From positions 2,428 through 66,427 of the forward strand of contig JAIELH010000029.1 in the NCBI GenBank assembly GCA_019753125.1: DNA of 64,000 bases, written 5' to 3'. Made by a program: the position numbers and the translations under genes. Every line of letters begins with the position of its first letter. Position 1 is the stretch's first letter. The notes under the pieces were generated by a model. The model was not told the DNA's origin and did not search any database. It saw only the letters and a program-made list of their open reading frames with translations. This stretch comes from Gallionellaceae bacterium (GTDB lineage: Bacteria; Pseudomonadota; Gammaproteobacteria; Burkholderiales; Gallionellaceae). Below are positions 60,210 through 64,000 of the stretch, in pieces.

Positions 60210-60536
60210 TCACATCTGTTCCCAGCCGAAATGGTCGCGCGCGTTCTTGCTCATCTTGTCCGGGCCCCACGGTGGCTCCCACACCAGATTGATGTCGATT
60301 TCGGTTCCCTCCGGCGCCAACCCGGTCAGTGCACGGCGCACATCATCGAGAATCATGTCGCCCATCGGGCAAGCCGGGGTGGTCATCGTCAGATCGATAC
60401 GCAGTTTGTTGTCCGAAATCTCCACGCCATACACCAGGCCCAAATCGACGATGTTCACGCCGACTTCCGGGTCGATGACGTTGTGCAGGAGATTCAGAAT
60501 GGTTTCCCTGGAAGGCATTTCTGATTGCTGGGACAT
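60210..60536 (-). CDS. DUF59 (SufT/PaaD-like) metal-sulfur cluster assembly factor
   Basis: VIDPEVGVNIVDLGLVY, TMTTPACP, LVWEPPW. Confidence 0.92.
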   Translation of the reverse strand: MSQQSEMPSRETILNLLHNVIDPEVGVNIVDLGLVYGVEISDNKLRIDLTMTTPACPMGDMILDDVRRALTGLAPEGTEIDINLVWEPPWGPDKMSKNARDHFGWEQM

Positions 60537-60571
60537 CACAAAATCCATTGAGGCAGATAAAAAAAGTTTTG

Positions 60572-60738
60572 AACCTTAAAACCTCTTTCGTCCACGAAAA
60601 ACACGAAAGTCACGAAACAAATCAATTGGCTACACAGGCTTAATAATTTACCCATCGTGTGAGGCTGCAAATAGTTGTATATATTTGATTTGTTCGTGTC
60701 TTTTTGTGTTTTTCGTGGACAACTGGGCTTTTTAGTTT
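60572..60738. repeat. Palindromic element with 9-bp periodic arms, same family as inner element at 25502
   Basis: aaccttaaaacctc..gtccacgaaaaacacgaaagtcacgaaacaaatcaa ... ttgatttgttcgtgtctttttgtgtttttcgtggac. Confidence 0.8.
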
Positions 60739-60945
60739 GAATCGGTTTGCCTTTCGGGCACCAGGCATCCGTATTAACGAGGGCGCAACGATACCAGATT
60801 TTTTGGTGAACGGCCTTGGCAGACAACATTGAGAATGTCAGGCAGCAAATCCGGCAAGGCAAGCTGACACTTGCTTTTGCCAGTTACACTGGCATCCATC
60901 AAATTTTTCTATTTTTATTTATACAAAAATATGTATAATCATTCC

Positions 60946-61284
60946 ATGCATACTCATGCCAAACCGGTTGAGTTTCTCGGCAGCGCATTGAATGACTTGC
61001 GCAGCTTCCCTCTTTCTGCACGCCGTGAAGCCGGATATCAGATCGATAAGGTGCAACACGGCGAAGAACCGGATGACTGGAAGCCGATGAAAACCATCGG
61101 TGCGGGCGTGCAGGAAATCAGGGTTCAGGATGAAGCAGGCGCGTTTCGGGTGATCTACATCGCCAGATTGAAAGAAGCGGTCTATGTACTGCACTGCTTC
61201 CAGAAAAAAACGCCCAGAACTTCCGCGCAAGACATCGCGCTGGCCAGCAAACGATATAACGAACTCATGCGAGGTGCGAAATGA
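60946..61284 (+). CDS. Type II TA toxin, RelE/HigB (Gp49-like)
   Basis: DLRSFP..R..G, PDDWKPM..IG.GV.EIR, FRVIY, YVLHCFQKK; TATAAT 6 nt before the ATG suggests a leaderless transcript. Confidence 0.9.
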   Translation: MHTHAKPVEFLGSALNDLRSFPLSARREAGYQIDKVQHGEEPDDWKPMKTIGAGVQEIRVQDEAGAFRVIYIARLKEAVYVLHCFQKKTPRTSAQDIALASKRYNELMRGAK

Positions 61285-61562
61285 GCAAGCAACGATTCAA
61301 AAACGTATGGGACGCCATCGAAGACACACCCGGCGACGCAGCCAACATGAAGGCGCGCGCCGAATTGATGCGCGCCATCATCGAATACATCCGCAGCAGC
61401 GGCATGACCCAATCAGAAGCCGCCAAGACACTTGGCGTTACCCAGCCCCGCATCTCCGACCTGATGCGCGGCAAAATCGACGTGTTCTCCCTCGATACGC
61501 TGGTCAACATGCTGGCGGCGGCGGAGATAAGGCTGGAGATGCGATTAAAAAAAGCGGCTTGA
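61281..61562 (+). CDS. Type II TA antitoxin, XRE/HigA-like HTH
   Basis: TQ.EAA..LGVTQPRISDL.RGKI..FSLD.L; ATGA overlap with the toxin. Confidence 0.9.
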   Translation: MSKQRFKNVWDAIEDTPGDAANMKARAELMRAIIEYIRSSGMTQSEAAKTLGVTQPRISDLMRGKIDVFSLDTLVNMLAAAEIRLEMRLKKAA

Positions 61563-61605
61563 GATTACAATTTATTTCGCGTTTATTACCAGACATATCT
61601 GAACC

Positions 61606-62064
61606 ATGATCCTCTCCACCCTTGCACAATCCGACCGCTACGCCGCGCTGCATCCGTTGTTCCCGCGCGCATTCGAATACATCCGCAATACCGACCTGCC
61701 GGCGCTCGCGCCGGGGCGCTATCCGATCGTCGGCGAGGATTTGTTCGTCATCATCGAAAATGTCGCCGGACGCACGCGCGACGCGGCAAAGCTGGAATGC
61801 CATCGCCGCTACATCGATATCCAGTTGGTGCTGGAAGGGATCGACGAGATGGGCTGGAAGACGCTGGCGGATTGCGGCGATCCGGTGAGCGACTACAGCG
61901 CGGAAAAGGACATACGGTTTTTCAACGATGCTCCGGCAACGTGGATTGCCACACCACCCGGGGCATTCTGCATTTTCTTCCCGGAGGATGCGCATGCGCC
62001 GCTGGTCAGCAGCGGCAATATCTGCAAGGCGATCTTCAAGGTTGCGGTGCGTCCGGCGATCTAG
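61606..62064 (+). CDS. YhcH/YjgK/YiaL (DUF386) family protein
   Basis: E.HRRYIDIQ, IFFPEDAHAP. Confidence 0.9.
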   Translation: MILSTLAQSDRYAALHPLFPRAFEYIRNTDLPALAPGRYPIVGEDLFVIIENVAGRTRDAAKLECHRRYIDIQLVLEGIDEMGWKTLADCGDPVSDYSAEKDIRFFNDAPATWIATPPGAFCIFFPEDAHAPLVSSGNICKAIFKVAVRPAI

Positions 62065-62068
62065 AAAT

Positions 62069-62210
62069 GTAGGATGGGTTGAGCGCAGCGATACCCATCG
62101 GTTAATCGTCACCGGTCGTTTTTGATGGGTAGCTCTGCATAGCCATCTGACTAGGCTACCCAAATACGACAGCCAAGTCATTGGTTATCGCTGCGCTCAA
62201 CCCATCCTAC
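62069..62210. repeat. REP doublet (REPIN-like) with internal palindrome
   Basis: GTAGGATGGGTTGAGCGCAGCGATACCCATC ... TTATCGCTGCGCTCAACCCATCCTAC. Confidence 0.85.
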
Positions 62211-62221
62211 GAAACTCCCGC

Positions 62222-63082
62222 CTAACAGCTTGTTTCGTCGTCGAACGCTATGTCGCCTTCGGCAATCTGGTCGCCGATTTTGAGGTTCTTGAAATCGAAC
62301 AAACTGCTGTCCAGCAGGTGTGATGGTTTGACGTTCTGCATCGCGGTGAAGATGGTCTGGCTGCGCCCCGGATATTCGAGTTCCCATGCGGCCAGCATTT
62401 TCTTGATGTTCTTGCGCTGCATGTTTTCCTGCGAACCGCACAGGTTGCACGGGATGATCGGGAATTCCATGCCGCGTGCATAGCGCGCGATATCTTTTTC
62501 GGCGCAATAGACCAGCGGCCGGATCACGATGTGGTCGCCCTTGTCGGTCACCAGCTTCGGCGGCATCGCCTTGAGTTTGCCGCCGAAAAACATGTTCAGG
62601 AACAGCGTCTCGATCATATCGTCGCGGTGATGGCCCAGCGCGATCTTGTTCGCGCCGAGTTCATGCGCGACGCGGTAGATGATGCCGCGCCGCAGCCGTG
62701 AACACAGCGAACAGGTGGTCTTGCCCTCCGGGATTTTTTCCTTGACGATGGAATAGGTGTCCTGGTTTTCGATGTGAAATTCGACACCGATAGATTTGAG
62801 GTACTCCGGCAGCACTTCCTCGGGGAAGCCCGGCTGTTTCTGGTCGAGGTTCATCGCGACAATGCGGAAATCGATCGGTGCGCGCTTGCGCAACGTCAGC
62901 AGGATGTCGAGCAGCGCATGGGAATCCTTGCCACCGGACAGGCATACCATCACCGTGTCGCCGTTCTCGATCATGTTGAAGTCGCCGATCGCCTTGCCGA
63001 CCTGATGTTCGAGCCGCCCTTTGAGGCGGTTGAAATTGGTGGAATGACGCTCGAATTGGATGGGTTGTGCAATGCCGTTCAT
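62222..63082 (-). CDS. ttcA: tRNA 2-thiocytidine(32) synthetase
   Basis: [41 protein letters not shown]. Confidence 0.96.
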   Translation of the reverse strand: MNGIAQPIQFERHSTNFNRLKGRLEHQVGKAIGDFNMIENGDTVMVCLSGGKDSHALLDILLTLRKRAPIDFRIVAMNLDQKQPGFPEEVLPEYLKSIGVEFHIENQDTYSIVKEKIPEGKTTCSLCSRLRRGIIYRVAHELGANKIALGHHRDDMIETLFLNMFFGGKLKAMPPKLVTDKGDHIVIRPLVYCAEKDIARYARGMEFPIIPCNLCGSQENMQRKNIKKMLAAWELEYPGRSQTIFTAMQNVKPSHLLDSSLFDFKNLKIGDQIAEGDIAFDDETSC

Positions 63083-63098
63083 GCTTGAAAGTTTCTTT

Positions 63099-63851
63099 CT
63101 AAATATTGATGCTTCTGCCGCCATCGACAGAAATGATCTGGCCGGTAATATAGGGAGCGTCCTGAATCAGGAACGCGACTGTCTTGGCGACATCGTCCGG
63201 CTCGCCCTCGCGCTTGAGCAGCGTATGCGCGACAATTTTGCGGCGTTGTTCGATATCCTGCCACTGCCCGCCTTCCGGCCAGATGATGACGCCGGGCGCG
63301 ACGGCGTTGACGCGCACCTGCGGCGCCATTTCCTGCGCCAGCCCGCGGGTCAGCGCGGCCAGCCCGGACTTGGCGACGCTGTAGAGCAGATGCCCGTACA
63401 TCGGGCGTTCGGCATGGATGTCGGCGATGTTCACGATGCAACCGTGGCGGCGGCGCAATTCAGCCGCTGTCGCTTGTGCGAGCAGTAATGGCGCTTTCAG
63501 GTTGGTGCCGAGCAGGTCGTGCCATTGCCGCTCGTCGATTGAATCCAGCGGCGTGGCAAAGAAGCTGGAAGCGTTGTTGACCAGCGCGTCCAGCCGCCCG
63601 AATCTTGCAACGACCGATTGCACCAGCGGTTGCAGCGCATCTGCATCGAGCAGATCGGCATTGAATGCGGCGGCACTGTCCGGACGCAGCGCATTCAGCT
63701 CGTCCTGCAACGCCAGCGCCTCCCGCGCGGAACTGCGGTAATGCACGGCCAGCGTGGCGCCTGCCGCGTGCAGGCGGCGGCAAATCGCCGCGCCGACACG
63801 CTTCGCCCCTCCTGTCACGAATACCACTTTGCCTTGCATGCCACGCTCCAT
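63099..63851 (-). CDS. Pteridine reductase (FolM/PTR1-like SDR)
   Basis: [27 protein letters not shown]. Confidence 0.88.
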   Translation of the reverse strand: MERGMQGKVVFVTGGAKRVGAAICRRLHAAGATLAVHYRSSAREALALQDELNALRPDSAAAFNADLLDADALQPLVQSVVARFGRLDALVNNASSFFATPLDSIDERQWHDLLGTNLKAPLLLAQATAAELRRRHGCIVNIADIHAERPMYGHLLYSVAKSGLAALTRGLAQEMAPQVRVNAVAPGVIIWPEGGQWQDIEQRRKIVAHTLLKREGEPDDVAKTVAFLIQDAPYITGQIISVDGGRSINI

Positions 63852-63891
63852 TAGACTCGCACTTCATCCCACTTCTGAATTATACCCGACC

Positions 63892-64000
63892 ATGCCTGCC
63901 TCTCTACCAGCACCCGGCCCGGAAGCGCTGCAACACAGCGCGCGTTTGGCTGAATTGATCCGGCGCGACATCGTTGCCCGTTGCGATACTCAAGCAACGT
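63892..64000 (+). CDS. Start of a MidA-like SAM-dependent methyltransferase (3'-truncated by window)
   Basis: MPASLPAPGPEALQHSARLAELIRRDI; usual divergent neighbour of pteridine reductase. Confidence 0.6.
   Translation, partial: MPASLPAPGPEALQHSARLAELIRRDIVARCDTQAT

Overview
Betaproteobacterial chromosome segment, GC-rich backbone, Gallionellaceae/Nitrosomonadales-like by gene content (inference). Housekeeping genes: two lipid A acyltransferases, ubiD, moeB/thiF-like, pyrC, rmlBDAC, waaA, leuA with a Leu-rich leader peptide, lpdA, proA, trpC, prfC, ttcA and a pteridine reductase. There is a full cbb3 oxidase cluster (ccoNOQPGHIS) with ompW and an FNR-family regulator, and FNR boxes precede ccoN, ompW and fnr. 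Accessory DNA falls into four blocks. (1) A defence islet at about 3.3-7.4 kb: a dead toxin with an intact antitoxin, a single-chain HTH-C5 methyltransferase-HNH nuclease fusion, and a decayed MvaI/BcnI-type endonuclease. (2) A glycosyltransferase/methyltransferase cluster that begins at an ISL3 remnant. (3) A tetraheme cytochrome plus heme-motif diguanylate cyclase pair. (4) An ~11.6 kb integrative mobilizable element in tRNA-Phe with a P4-type integrase, excisionase, phage-type Rep, TraD-like proteins, MOBQ relaxase and oriT. It has no secretion system but carries a lone DotA/TraY gene, a long ssDNA-promoter-like hairpin and an ExcA-like membrane protein, which makes it the best candidate for an undescribed system: a parasite of I-type conjugation that brings its own entry-exclusion module. 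Several families of small palindromic elements are scattered throughout, one inserted in frame within trpC. No CRISPR array or rRNA was seen. All family calls are from motif recognition by eye; no database searches were run.
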